A stretch of 64,000 bases of DNA from an uncultured virus (IMG/VR IMGVR_UViG_3300008113_006701) (IMGVR_UViG_3300008113_006701); one strand, 5' to 3'. Shown: positions 10,500 through 20,883, counted from the first letter of the stretch. Numbers and translations are program-made. The notes: a model not told the origin generated them from the sequence alone.

Positions 10500-10506
10500 T
10501 ACAATT

Positions 10507-11256
10507 ATGGCTACTGTTAATCCATATTTTCAATCTGGTAGATCAATAGGAAGAGCTTCTGAACAAAATCTGTACGAAGATCTGATAATTGAATCCATGA
10601 AGATTTATGGGTTCGAAGTATATTATTTACCTCGATCAGTTTCGAATCCCGATTTAATCTTAACAGAAGATCCTACAAACAAATATGAACACGCATTTCC
10701 AATTGAAATGTATCTTCAAGAAGTGGATGGGTTTGCTGGCGATGATGAATTAATTTCTAAGTTTGGTTTGGAGATTAGAAACTCTGCAAACTTTGTAGTA
10801 TCAAGACGCAGATGGTCAGATGTTGTAGGATCAACTAACACTTCTGTTTTGAGTACTAGACCTACAGAGGGAGATATAATTTACTTTCCCCAAACGCAAT
10901 CTTTATTTGAGATAAGAAAAGTCGATAGTCAAATTCCATTTTTTCAAGCAGGCAAATTATATACATATAAAATGAATTGCGAATTGATACAATTCTCAAA
11001 TGAAATTTTTGATACAGGTGTTGCGGAAATAGATAACATAGCTGCATCTTTTGGAAGAACAATAGAAAATTTCGACATATTATTAGAATCAGGAGACTCC
11101 TTGTTATTAGAAACAACTTCTTTAACTCCATTAGTTAATGAAAGCTATACTGTAAATAATGATATTGCAGCTGCGGATAATGAAACTTTTACTGCGGAAG
11201 CAGACAATGTATTGGATTTTTCTGAAAGAAATCCTTTCGGAGAGGCATATAGATAA
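10507..11256 (+). CDS. gp14: Neck protein gp14
   Basis: EQNLYEDLIIESMKIYG, SKFGLEIR, RPTEGDIIYFP, DFSERNPFG. Confidence 0.95.
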   Translation: MATVNPYFQSGRSIGRASEQNLYEDLIIESMKIYGFEVYYLPRSVSNPDLILTEDPTNKYEHAFPIEMYLQEVDGFAGDDELISKFGLEIRNSANFVVSRRRWSDVVGSTNTSVLSTRPTEGDIIYFPQTQSLFEIRKVDSQIPFFQAGKLYTYKMNCELIQFSNEIFDTGVAEIDNIAASFGRTIENFDILLESGDSLLLETTSLTPLVNESYTVNNDIAAADNETFTAEADNVLDFSERNPFGEAYR

Positions 11257-12002
11257 TGTTAGATCAAAAATTTTACTGGGGAACTATACGAAAAGCAGTT
11301 GTTGCTTTTGGTAATATGTTTAATAATATTACTATAGATCGCAAAGATGCGAATGGTAGTATTATTCAAACAATCAAAGTACCATTATCGTATTCTCCGA
11401 AACAAAAATTCTTAACAAAGATAAGACAACACCCTAATGTGGATAATCAGAATTTACAAGTTATTGTTCCTCGTATGGGGTTTGAAATGGTATCTTTAGA
11501 TTATGATCCTAACAGAAAAATTGCACCTATACAACAATCAAGAACAATTAATAGTAGTACATCGGCAAGCGCTCAGTATGCTCCGACACCGTATAATATT
11601 AATATGCTACTTTATATTTACGTGAAGAATCAAGATGACGGTTTACAAATTGTAGAACAAATATTACCATACTTTAATCCTGATTATAATCTTACACTTA
11701 AAGCTATTCCAGAATTAGATATTAAAAATGACCTTCCTATTCTTTTAAACTCCATTGGGTTTGAGGATGACTATGAAGGGGACATGACTACAAGAAGATC
11801 TATTATTTGGACAATGAATTTTATAATGAAACTTAATTTTTATGGTCCTGTTAATAAACAAGGCATAATTAAAAAGGTTATATCTACTACGTATAATGAT
11901 GAAAATTTAAATGTAATACTACAAAAAATATCTGCCACCTCAAGTGCAAATGCTACACCTACAAGCGATTATACTTACATAGATACTTTTGAAGATTTTT
12001 AA
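11256..12002 (+). CDS. gp15: Tail sheath stabiliser/terminator gp15
   Basis: IRKAVVAFGNMFN, VPLSYSPKQKF, QIVEQILPYFNP. Confidence 0.95.
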   Translation: MLDQKFYWGTIRKAVVAFGNMFNNITIDRKDANGSIIQTIKVPLSYSPKQKFLTKIRQHPNVDNQNLQVIVPRMGFEMVSLDYDPNRKIAPIQQSRTINSSTSASAQYAPTPYNINMLLYIYVKNQDDGLQIVEQILPYFNPDYNLTLKAIPELDIKNDLPILLNSIGFEDDYEGDMTTRRSIIWTMNFIMKLNFYGPVNKQGIIKKVISTTYNDENLNVILQKISATSSANATPTSDYTYIDTFEDF

Positions 12003-12004
12003 TT

Positions 12005-12430
12005 ATGAAAAATTTAGAAAATTTGAATAATCTTTTTAATATTGATCCTATGGAGGAAACTTCAACAGCCATTCAACCTTTGCCTGAAAATTTAAATGGT
12101 AATAAGGAAATGGATCAAGAAGAGGATTATCAATTAGCTCGTCAAACGATGCGTAAGTTATTACTTAAGGGCGAAGATACTTTAGATACATTAATTGAAT
12201 TATCTAAAAGTTCTGAGCATCCAAGAACATATGAAGTTGCTGGGCAATTCATGAAAACTTTATCTGATGTATCTAAAGATTTAATGGGTCTGCAAAAACA
12301 AGTTAAAGATTTAAAAGCAGATGATCCTGTAAAAATAGGAACACAAAATAATAATGTTGTGTTTGCTGGCTCTACGAATGAGCTAATGAAAATGCTAGGC
12401 AAAAAAGATGACAACATCATCGACCAGTAA
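12005..12430 (+). CDS. gp16: Terminase small subunit gp16
   Basis: EHPRTYEV, FAGSTNELMKML; precedes gp17. Confidence 0.92.
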   Translation: MKNLENLNNLFNIDPMEETSTAIQPLPENLNGNKEMDQEEDYQLARQTMRKLLLKGEDTLDTLIELSKSSEHPRTYEVAGQFMKTLSDVSKDLMGLQKQVKDLKADDPVKIGTQNNNVVFAGSTNELMKMLGKKDDNIIDQ

Positions 12431-14093
12431 AAAATTATCTTATAATGGTAATCCCAATCTAAAACAGATTGGTACGGTTATCTCTTATTCTGCAGAACAA
12501 GTTAAAGAAATAATTCGTTGTTCTCAGGATCCTATATACTTTATAGAACAATATTGCCAAATTGTTTCTTTGGATAAGGGCCTAATACCATTTAAATTAT
12601 ACGATTGTCAAAAGAAAAAAGTATTAACCATATTGAATAATCGTAAGGTTATTCTAATGGAAGGCAGACAGCAGGGAAAGACCATTACTTCTGCTGCTTG
12701 TATACTTTGGTACACTTTATTTCAATCAAATAAAACTGTTGCTATTCTTGCTAACAAATCCTCCGCTGCTAGAGAAGTTCTTTACAGATATGAGATGATG
12801 TATGAAATGCTTCCGATCTGGATGCAGCAAGGTGTAAAAACATTCAACAAGGGCGATATAGAATTAGAAAACGGATCTAGAGTATTTACTGCAGCAACAA
12901 GTTCTTCGGGTATTCGAGGTAAATCTGTAAATTGGCTGTACATTGACGAAGCGGCAATTATTCCAAATAATGTTGCTGAAGATTTCTTTACATCTGTTTA
13001 TCCAGTTGTTTCTGCAGGTGAAACTACAAAGATTCTTTTAACTTCTACTCCACTTGGATATAATCATTTCTGGAAATTCTGGAATGAAGCAGAACAGGGA
13101 TTAAACGGATTTGTTCCTATGTTTATTCCTTACAGTGAGATTCCTGGTAGAACTGAAAAATGGGCGGAAGAACAAAGAGCATTATTGGGCGAGCTTAAGT
13201 TCAACCAAGAGGTTTTATGCAGATTCTTGGGATCATCTAATACACTTATCAATCCTGATACTATTGGAAGAATGTCAGTCAAACCATATGTTTACAGTAA
13301 AGATGGTTTAGATGTGTTTGACGAACCGGAAGAAGAAAAAGTTTATATGTTGGTAGCGGATACCTCGCGTGGAGTTGGTGGGGATTACTCCGCATTTGCA
13401 GTCATGGATATTACCGCGTATCCCTTTAAAGTTGTTGCGAAGTATAGAAACAATAAAATAAGCCCCCTTCTTTTTCCGAATATAATATATAAAGTAGCCA
13501 AGGATTATAACAAAGCTTATTGTTTAGTTGAGATTAATGATAACGGGCAACAAGTAGCGGATACTTTGTATATGGATTTGGAATATGAGAATGTGTTCTT
13601 TGTCGGAAGTAATAGTAAATCAGGGCAATTTTTATCTGGCGGATTCTCCCAGGGAGCGACTCTTGGGGTTAGAACCACTAAACAAGTAAAACGATTAGGG
13701 TGTACCTCATTTAAGAGTTTGGTTGAAGGTACGAAATTATTAATACACGACCCAGATATTATTAACGAAATATCCACATTCATTGAAGTCCGCGGAAGTC
13801 ATAAAGCAGATGAGGGATATCAGGACGATTTAGTTATGTGTTTGGTCTTATTCTCATGGGCCACTAACGAATCATTCTTTAAGGATTTAACAGACTCAAA
13901 TCTCAGAAAAGCTCTATACGAAGAACAGTTCAAACAGATTGAAGAAAATCTTACTCCGTTTGGTATTATAGATACGGGAATTCCCGAACACGAAGCTCCG
14001 CAGATTATGTCGGATGCTATTTGGTTTAATGTTGGTTCAAAATCTCAAGATGAAATACAAGAATTACAAAGAAAATTCCTTGAAAATGTCTAA
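12408..14093 (+). CDS. gp17: Terminase large subunit gp17
   Basis: GRQQGKT Walker A, YIDEAA, STPLGYNHF, DDLVM nuclease motif. Confidence 0.97.
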   Translation: MTTSSTSKKLSYNGNPNLKQIGTVISYSAEQVKEIIRCSQDPIYFIEQYCQIVSLDKGLIPFKLYDCQKKKVLTILNNRKVILMEGRQQGKTITSAACILWYTLFQSNKTVAILANKSSAAREVLYRYEMMYEMLPIWMQQGVKTFNKGDIELENGSRVFTAATSSSGIRGKSVNWLYIDEAAIIPNNVAEDFFTSVYPVVSAGETTKILLTSTPLGYNHFWKFWNEAEQGLNGFVPMFIPYSEIPGRTEKWAEEQRALLGELKFNQEVLCRFLGSSNTLINPDTIGRMSVKPYVYSKDGLDVFDEPEEEKVYMLVADTSRGVGGDYSAFAVMDITAYPFKVVAKYRNNKISPLLFPNIIYKVAKDYNKAYCLVEINDNGQQVADTLYMDLEYENVFFVGSNSKSGQFLSGGFSQGATLGVRTTKQVKRLGCTSFKSLVEGTKLLIHDPDIINEISTFIEVRGSHKADEGYQDDLVMCLVLFSWATNESFFKDLTDSNLRKALYEEQFKQIEENLTPFGIIDTGIPEHEAPQIMSDAIWFNVGSKSQDEIQELQRKFLENV

Positions 14094-14104
14094 AAGACTA
14101 TAAT

Positions 14105-14112
14105 TATAAATA
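14105..14112 (+). promoter_or_regulatory. T4-type late promoter upstream of gp18
   Basis: Exact TATAAATA, intergenic. Confidence 0.85.
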
Positions 14113-14162
14113 AATAGAAATCAAATTATAGACGCATCTATAAAATTATCAAGGAGAAGAAG

Positions 14163-16853
14163 ATGGCATTTCAGCTTTCACCTGGCGTTGTAGTAACCGA
14201 AGAAGATAGAACAACCTTTGTTCCTTCCGTTGCAACCACTGCAGGAGCGTTTACAGGCGCTTTCCAATGGGGCCCTGTGGAAGAAGTTACGACCGTAGAT
14301 TCGGAAAGTTCTTTAGTAAGTACTTTTGGTAGACCAAACGACACAACTGCGGGATATTTCTTTACCGCAGCAAATTTCTTGTCATATGGAAACAATCTTA
14401 AAGTTGTTCGTGTTGTAGATAAATCAACATCAAGAAACGCAGTTTCTACCCCCACAGGAATAATCACAGGAATTACCTTAGCTACAGATGTGGGTGGTCC
14501 AACTAATGTAACAACTACCACATTCTTAACAGCATCAAATATTAATGTTATTATTGAAAATCCAATTGCTGGCGGAACACAGGCTACTGCAAATGTTGTT
14601 TTAGAAACAACAGGGAATGTTGCAAAATTACTTATCAATAATGCAGGACAAGGATATAATACTGCGCCAAGCTTATCGTTTGAAGCAGCGGCAGGTGGTA
14701 CTGGAACTACCGCAACTGTTGCACTAGGGTCAGGGGCTCTTGCAAATATTTACGTTATAGATGGCGGTAATAATTATACATCCACATCTAATGTGGTAAT
14801 TCAAAATCAAGCAGCAACCGGTGCAAGAGCAAATCTAGTTGTTAGATATAAATTGATACAAGTAGGTGTGGCAAACGGCGGGACAAATTATGGGCCACAA
14901 GCAAATATACAATTTAGCGGAAATATTGCAGAAAATGGGACACATGCTACAGCATCGTTAGTTCTAAGCGGAGGAAATACAATAACAGGTATTGTAATTA
15001 CTAGTATGGGTTCAGGATATATATCTACTCCCAATGTAATTATTAATAGAAGAGATGGAAATACTGGTTCTGACGCTTCTGTTGTAGCAAATATAGGACA
15101 TGGTTATGTTGATAGCGTAGTAATTGATAATACTGGTCCCGGCGGATATAGTTATCAGCCAATTCTTACAGTTAACAGAAATAATAGTTTAGGTGGCGCA
15201 AATGCTGCGTTACAATCTCGTATCAATAGCGGCATTGCAAGTGTAACTTTAGTAGATACAGGTTCTGGGTATATTAGAAATCCTAATGTAACTGTTACAC
15301 CTGCCACATCTGACATTGGATTTATTACTACAAATGCAGATATATTAGCAGTAGTAGAATATTTAATTGACAGTGTAAATCTAATTAATCCTGGTACAGG
15401 ATATGGTTCTGCTCCTACAGTTACAGTTAGTACAGTTGCAGGATTTAGTACTCCTGCAAATGCAACAGTTACATCAAATCCTACACTAATTACAAATCGA
15501 GATTTTTATCAGGCAACTTATGAAAATGGATCTGCAACAGTTGGAGAATTTGCTGCTAAGTATCCCGGAGAATTAGGAAACTCTATTAGAGTTTCAATGG
15601 CGGATTCTAATACATTTAGCACATGGCAATATGCTGCTAATTTTGATTCTGCTCCAGGAACATCTGCATACGTTTCTGGTAAGAGTGGATCGTTGGACGA
15701 GATGCACGTTATTGTTGTGGATTCAAATGGAACTTGGTCAGGTACATCTGGTTATGTACTTGAAAAATTCTCATTCTTATCTAAAGCATCTGATGCTAAA
15801 AATTCCGATGGATCAACCAATTATTACAGAGACGTAATTAATAATCAATCTAATTATGTTTGGTGGATGGATCATCCTTCACAAGGTACAAACTGGGGAA
15901 CATCTGGTTCAAATAAAACATTTGCAGTATTAAGTTCTGCAGTTACAAATACTTTATCCGGCGGGGTTTCTTCAGATAGTGTTTCTTCAGGAAATGTATC
16001 AATTGGATATAATCTTTTCTCTAATGACGAATTGTATGATGTTAGCTTAATCCCAATGGGACCAACTACAGATGTATCAGTAGTTAATAGCGTTATTGGC
16101 ATTGCGTCAACCAGACGAGATGCTGTAGTATTTGTATCACCTCCATACACTTCAGTTGTTAATTCTACAACTCCTGCAGATAATATTGTTTCTTACAGAA
16201 ATACTTTAACAGATTCTTCTTATGCTGTTTTAGATTCTGGTTGGAAATATCAGTACGATCGTTATAACGACAAATATCGTTATGTTCCATTGAACGGGGA
16301 TATTGCAGGTCTTGCAGCAAGAACAGATTACATTGCAGATCCTTGGTTCTCTCCTGCGGGATATAATAGAGGTGTTATTAAGAATGTAGTTAAATTGGCA
16401 TATTCTCCATCCAAGACAGATAGAGATACATTGTACAAGAAGGGTGTAAATCCTGTAGTAACATTCCCAGGACAAGGAACATTGCTGTTTGGTGATAAAA
16501 CTCTACAATCAAGACCAAGCGCATTTGATCGTATTAACGTACGTAGATTGTTTATTGTTCTTGAAAAAGCAATTTCTACAGCATCTAAATTCCAGTTATT
16601 TGAATTTAATGATCCATTTACTCGCGGACAATTTAGAAACCTTGTAGAACCATTCTTAAGAGATGTACAAGGTCGCAGAGGTATTACAGACTTTAAAGTT
16701 GTTTGCGACGAAACAAACAACCCAGCTTCTGTAATTGATGGAAATCAATTTGTTGCAGATATTTACATCAAGCCTGCAAGATCGATTAACTTTATCCAGT
16801 TGAACTTTATAGCTACAAGAACTGGCGTATCTTTCGAAGAAGTAGGCGCATAA
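14163..16853 (+). CDS. gp18: Tail sheath protein gp18 with a large repeat insertion
   Basis: MAFQLSPGV, FQWGP, PWFSPAG, FDRINVRRLF, KPARSINFI; 896 aa. Confidence 0.97.
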   Translation: MAFQLSPGVVVTEEDRTTFVPSVATTAGAFTGAFQWGPVEEVTTVDSESSLVSTFGRPNDTTAGYFFTAANFLSYGNNLKVVRVVDKSTSRNAVSTPTGIITGITLATDVGGPTNVTTTTFLTASNINVIIENPIAGGTQATANVVLETTGNVAKLLINNAGQGYNTAPSLSFEAAAGGTGTTATVALGSGALANIYVIDGGNNYTSTSNVVIQNQAATGARANLVVRYKLIQVGVANGGTNYGPQANIQFSGNIAENGTHATASLVLSGGNTITGIVITSMGSGYISTPNVIINRRDGNTGSDASVVANIGHGYVDSVVIDNTGPGGYSYQPILTVNRNNSLGGANAALQSRINSGIASVTLVDTGSGYIRNPNVTVTPATSDIGFITTNADILAVVEYLIDSVNLINPGTGYGSAPTVTVSTVAGFSTPANATVTSNPTLITNRDFYQATYENGSATVGEFAAKYPGELGNSIRVSMADSNTFSTWQYAANFDSAPGTSAYVSGKSGSLDEMHVIVVDSNGTWSGTSGYVLEKFSFLSKASDAKNSDGSTNYYRDVINNQSNYVWWMDHPSQGTNWGTSGSNKTFAVLSSAVTNTLSGGVSSDSVSSGNVSIGYNLFSNDELYDVSLIPMGPTTDVSVVNSVIGIASTRRDAVVFVSPPYTSVVNSTTPADNIVSYRNTLTDSSYAVLDSGWKYQYDRYNDKYRYVPLNGDIAGLAARTDYIADPWFSPAGYNRGVIKNVVKLAYSPSKTDRDTLYKKGVNPVVTFPGQGTLLFGDKTLQSRPSAFDRINVRRLFIVLEKAISTASKFQLFEFNDPFTRGQFRNLVEPFLRDVQGRRGITDFKVVCDETNNPASVIDGNQFVADIYIKPARSINFIQLNFIATRTGVSFEEVGA

Positions 16854-16869
16854 CAGGAGAATAATAAAA

Positions 16870-17445
16870 ATGGCAATACCATTTAATGTAGAACGATTTA
16901 AAGCAGAACTTACAAACGGCGGCGCAAGACCGAATCAGTTTGCAGTTCAAATGACCTTCCCTAACTATGTTTCGGGAAGAACTGCTGCTCTTGCAAAGGC
17001 GCCCTTTTTAGTTAGTGTTGCGGAATTACCAGGACAAACCATTGGGGTTGCTCCAGTTTATTATCGCGGACGATTAGTTAAAATGGCAGGCGACAGAGAG
17101 TTTGCTCCATTTAACTGTACAGTTCTAAACGACTCAGGATTTACTATTAGAACAGCCATTGAACAATGGATGAACGGAATAGAAGATCTTGCTAACAAGA
17201 CAGGTGCTTTACAACCAGCCACATATCAAACAGATATGTTTGTTTCCCAATTGGATCGTAATGGCGCAGTTCTAAAACAATATAAATTATTAGGAGCCTT
17301 CCCTGTAGACTTGGGAGCAGTTGCGTTAGATTTTGGATCCAACGATCAGTTGTCGACATTTGGTGTATCATTCCAGTATCAATCTTTTGAATTCTCTAAT
17401 AATCCAGCACAACAATTGGTCGACGCATTAACATCATTAGGTTAA
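16870..17445 (+). CDS. gp19: Tail tube protein gp19
   Basis: GGARPNQF, AGDREF, QLDRNG; synteny. Confidence 0.95.
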   Translation: MAIPFNVERFKAELTNGGARPNQFAVQMTFPNYVSGRTAALAKAPFLVSVAELPGQTIGVAPVYYRGRLVKMAGDREFAPFNCTVLNDSGFTIRTAIEQWMNGIEDLANKTGALQPATYQTDMFVSQLDRNGAVLKQYKLLGAFPVDLGAVALDFGSNDQLSTFGVSFQYQSFEFSNNPAQQLVDALTSLG

Positions 17446-17466
17446 TTTTAAAAAGTGAATTAAATT

Positions 17467-19020
17467 ATGGCAATTAAACTATTTGGCTTTACTATTGGTA
17501 GAGAGGATGAAGAACCTCCTATAGACAGAAAACTACAGGGGTTTGCCACGCCTGTTGCTGACGATGGAGCATCCACTGTACAAGCGGGTGGATATTTTGG
17601 AACGTATGTTGATTTAGATGCAACCGCAAAATCTGAATATGATCTTATTACCAGATATCGCGAATGTGCAATGTATTCAGATACATCTGCAGCAATAGAT
17701 GAAATATTAACTGAAGCAATTGCTGCTATAGACGATGAGGCTGTAGTACAAATTAATTTAGATAGATTAGATATTCCTGACGATATTAAAGATACTATCC
17801 TTGATGAATTTACTGCATTGATGAAAATGATTGAATTTGATACCAAAGGATTTGATTATTTTAAAAGATGGTACATAGATGGTAGATTATACTTTCAAAA
17901 GATCGTAGATACTAAAAATCCTAAACGTGGTATTTTAGAGACGATAGTGTTAGATCCAAGGAAAATAAAGAAGATACGTGAAGTTAAGAAAGAAAAAGAT
18001 AAAGATAGTGGCGTAGAGATTATTAAGTCTGTTGAAGAGTATTTCTTATACAATGAAAAAGGTATCACTTATAATCCAGGATTTACTACACATGCTGCGA
18101 ATCAGGGCATAAGAATTTCTTTAGATGCTATTACATTTGTACCTTCGGGTATAATGGATTTGGATAAGAATGTAGTTTTAGGTCAATTGCATAAAGCAAT
18201 TAAACCTGTGAATCAATTAAAGATGATGGAAGATTCTTTAGTTATTTACAGATTGGCAAGAGCACCTGAGAGAAGAATATTTTATATAGATGTGGGCAAT
18301 TTACCAAAATTGAAAGCAGAGCAATATTTAAAAGATATTATGGCTCGCTATAGAAATAAGATTGTTTATGATTCCAGTACTGGAGAAGTTAGAGACGATC
18401 GTAAATTTATGTCTATGTTGGAAGATTTTTGGTTGCCTAGAAGAGAAGGCGGCAGAGGTACAGAAATTACTACATTGCCTGGCGGCGAAAACTTAGGTCA
18501 GATTGACGATATTAATTATTTTCAAACTAAATTATATCAGGCATTAAATGTTCCGTTATCAAGAATGCAACCCCAAACAGGTATATCGTTTGGCAGAGCA
18601 ACAGAGATTACTAGAGATGAATTAAAATTTGCTAAATTTGTCGGCAGACTCAGAGTAAAATTTAATGAGCTATTCAATGATTTGTTAAAAACTCAGTTGT
18701 TGTTAAAGGGTGTTTTAACAGAAAAAGATTGGAACTCAATAAAGAATGAAATAGATTATCGATATGCTCAGGATCAGTATTTTGAAGAAATGAAAAATGC
18801 TGAGAATTTGAGAAACAGAATTGATCTGTTGAATCAAATTCAACCTTTTGTTGGCGCATATTATAGCCAAGCATATGTTATGAAAAATATTTTGAGAATG
18901 TCGGATAAAGAAATGAAGGAGATGAAAGCTCAAATAGAGACAGAACCTCCACCGCCACCGATAGGAATGCCTGGCATGCCGCCTGGTCAATTGCCTCCTG
19001 GGCAGGAACCTCAGCAATAA
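17467..19020 (+). CDS. gp20: Portal protein gp20
   Basis: RAPERRIFYIDVGNLPKLKAEQY, EDFWLPRREGGRGTEITTLPGG. Confidence 0.98.
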   Translation: MAIKLFGFTIGREDEEPPIDRKLQGFATPVADDGASTVQAGGYFGTYVDLDATAKSEYDLITRYRECAMYSDTSAAIDEILTEAIAAIDDEAVVQINLDRLDIPDDIKDTILDEFTALMKMIEFDTKGFDYFKRWYIDGRLYFQKIVDTKNPKRGILETIVLDPRKIKKIREVKKEKDKDSGVEIIKSVEEYFLYNEKGITYNPGFTTHAANQGIRISLDAITFVPSGIMDLDKNVVLGQLHKAIKPVNQLKMMEDSLVIYRLARAPERRIFYIDVGNLPKLKAEQYLKDIMARYRNKIVYDSSTGEVRDDRKFMSMLEDFWLPRREGGRGTEITTLPGGENLGQIDDINYFQTKLYQALNVPLSRMQPQTGISFGRATEITRDELKFAKFVGRLRVKFNELFNDLLKTQLLLKGVLTEKDWNSIKNEIDYRYAQDQYFEEMKNAENLRNRIDLLNQIQPFVGAYYSQAYVMKNILRMSDKEMKEMKAQIETEPPPPPIGMPGMPPGQLPPGQEPQQ

Positions 19021-19045
19021 ATAAATAATGATTATAGGAGAAGTT

Positions 19046-19219
19046 ATGGAATCAACAGTTATACAATCTATGGTAGATAGCATCATTAATAATCAACAGT
19101 CGGATGCTGTTGAAAGATTTAATGAGATTATTGCAAGTAAAGTGTCGGATGCGTTAGAAGCAAAGAAACAGGAAGTTGCAACTTCTATAGGAACAGAAAA
19201 AGAACATGAAGAAGTTTAA
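19046..19219 (+). CDS. Prohead core protein, gp67-like
   Basis: Small helical ORF right after gp20; AGGAG RBS before ATG 19046. Confidence 0.65.
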   Translation: MESTVIQSMVDSIINNQQSDAVERFNEIIASKVSDALEAKKQEVATSIGTEKEHEEV

Positions 19220-19826
19220 CGAGCTTAGAGAACAGTATTTAGAAGAAAAGCTAAAGGCATCTGATCCTGCCGGAACGTACATTCACGACTTTGTACATTC
19301 TGACAATCCAAAATTTGCAGGCAAATCTAAAGCTAAACGTATTCAAATGGCGTTGGCTGCTTCTTATGCTGCTAAGGGAAAATCTCGTAATGAAGAAGTT
19401 GAACAACAAGATGAAGGAATTCTAGGAGCAATTGGAAAAGCAGTAGGCGGGGCAGTAAAAACTGTAGCTTCTGCGGGCAGATCTTTAGCATCGGATGTTG
19501 CTAAACCTATAGTACAAAATACTGTTCCTAAATCAATACAAACTACCGGTAGTTCTAGCACTACTAATTCTAATACTAATACGTCAACAAAACCTGCAAA
19601 ACCTGTTAAGTTGAAAACTGAAGAAACAGAACAGATTGATGAATTGAAAAAATCAACTCTTGGATCATACGTCAAGAAAGCAACATCCGGAATGTCCGGT
19701 ATTGCAATTAACGCACATCAAGCTGGAGGTGCAGCGCCAGGATCTAAAGAAAGAAAGACTTTCTTAACTAAGGCCAATAAACGTATTGCTGGTGTTGATA
19801 AAGCAATCAACCGTTTAAGCAAATAA
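19206..19826 (+). CDS. Putative prohead core/internal head protein
   Basis: MKKFNELRE start, IHDFVHSDNPKFAGKS and EQIDELKKSTLGSYVKKA modules; lies between gp20 and gp21. Confidence 0.6.
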   Translation: MKKFNELREQYLEEKLKASDPAGTYIHDFVHSDNPKFAGKSKAKRIQMALAASYAAKGKSRNEEVEQQDEGILGAIGKAVGGAVKTVASAGRSLASDVAKPIVQNTVPKSIQTTGSSSTTNSNTNTSTKPAKPVKLKTEETEQIDELKKSTLGSYVKKATSGMSGIAINAHQAGGAAPGSKERKTFLTKANKRIAGVDKAINRLSK

Positions 19827-19835
19827 GAGGAAGAC

Positions 19836-20216
19836 ATGGCAACAATAAGAACAATACTTAAAAAAGTTAGACAACAAGCAGTTGTAAAAATAGTTGGTGA
19901 TGGTCAAGCAAATATTACAAGTGCAGATCTTGCTATTGCCGATGAAACTATAGATCAACCAAATGTCCAAATGAATATTACTGGTGTAATGTGGTCTACT
20001 CCTGGCTCTATTCCTATTGTTGTTTCTCGCGGCGGTACAGCAATACTATATCTTAATGGAAATGATAACTGGTCTATGACTCAAACAATGGGATTCTCAG
20101 ATACAGCTAATAATAACGCTAATATATTTGTTGCAATGCCGGCGAATTCTTTAGTATATTTTACTATTTCAAAGCCTGCTGGTTTTATTGAGCCAGACCA
20201 ACAAACTAAGAAGTAA
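19836..20216 (+). CDS. Conserved hypothetical virion protein upstream of gp21
   Basis: GAGGA RBS; position in head operon. Confidence 0.55.
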   Translation: MATIRTILKKVRQQAVVKIVGDGQANITSADLAIADETIDQPNVQMNITGVMWSTPGSIPIVVSRGGTAILYLNGNDNWSMTQTMGFSDTANNNANIFVAMPANSLVYFTISKPAGFIEPDQQTKK

Positions 20217-20225
20217 GGAATTTTA

Positions 20226-20876
20226 ATGAGATTAATTAAAGAAGTTGCACAAGATTTAAAATACCTTGTAGAAGAGAAACAAGGTGGTGGTAAGAACATT
20301 TTTATCGAAGGTATTTTTGCACAAGCAGAAAAACCAAATAGAAATAACCGTTCTTACGGTAAAGGTATAATGGAACGCGAAGTAACTAAGTACCAATCAC
20401 TTATCGGCGAAAAACGTTCATTGGGAGAATTAGGACATCCTGAAAATCCTTCGATTAATTTACATCAAGTTTCCCATCTAATTACCGGCCTAAAAATGGA
20501 AGGTAATGATGTATACGGCAAAGCTAAAATCTTAGATACGCCAATGGGAATTATTGCTAAAAACTTAATAGAAAATGAAGTTCGTTTAGGCGTATCAACT
20601 AGAGGTCTAGGATCGTTAAAAATGAACTCAAACGGAATCAACGAAGTGCAAGATGACTTTCATCTAGCAACCGTAGATATTGTTGCTGATCCTTCTGCGC
20701 CGGATGCCTTTGTGCAAGGTATTATGGAAAATGTAGAATGGATTTGTGAGAATGGTATTTGGAAAGCAACACAAATTGAGGCTGCACAAAAAACAATTAA
20801 GAAGGCTTCTGCCAAGGAATTGGACGAAGTTAAATTAAAAATATTTGAACAATTCGTAAATCAATTGTCTAGGTAA
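20226..20876 (+). CDS. gp21: Prohead protease gp21
   Basis: LGELGHP, GVSTRGLGS, DIVADPSAPDAFV. Confidence 0.97.
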   Translation: MRLIKEVAQDLKYLVEEKQGGGKNIFIEGIFAQAEKPNRNNRSYGKGIMEREVTKYQSLIGEKRSLGELGHPENPSINLHQVSHLITGLKMEGNDVYGKAKILDTPMGIIAKNLIENEVRLGVSTRGLGSLKMNSNGINEVQDDFHLATVDIVADPSAPDAFVQGIMENVEWICENGIWKATQIEAAQKTIKKASAKELDEVKLKIFEQFVNQLSR

Positions 20877-20883
20877 CTAGAAT

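Noticed and set aside
14125..14142. TTATAGA-CGCA-TCTATAA hairpin before gp18
   Set aside because: AT-rich short stem; at most a 5' stabiliser, no further support
18940..19020. Pro-rich tail of the portal protein
   Set aside because: Low-complexity variable C-terminus, common in gp20 homologues
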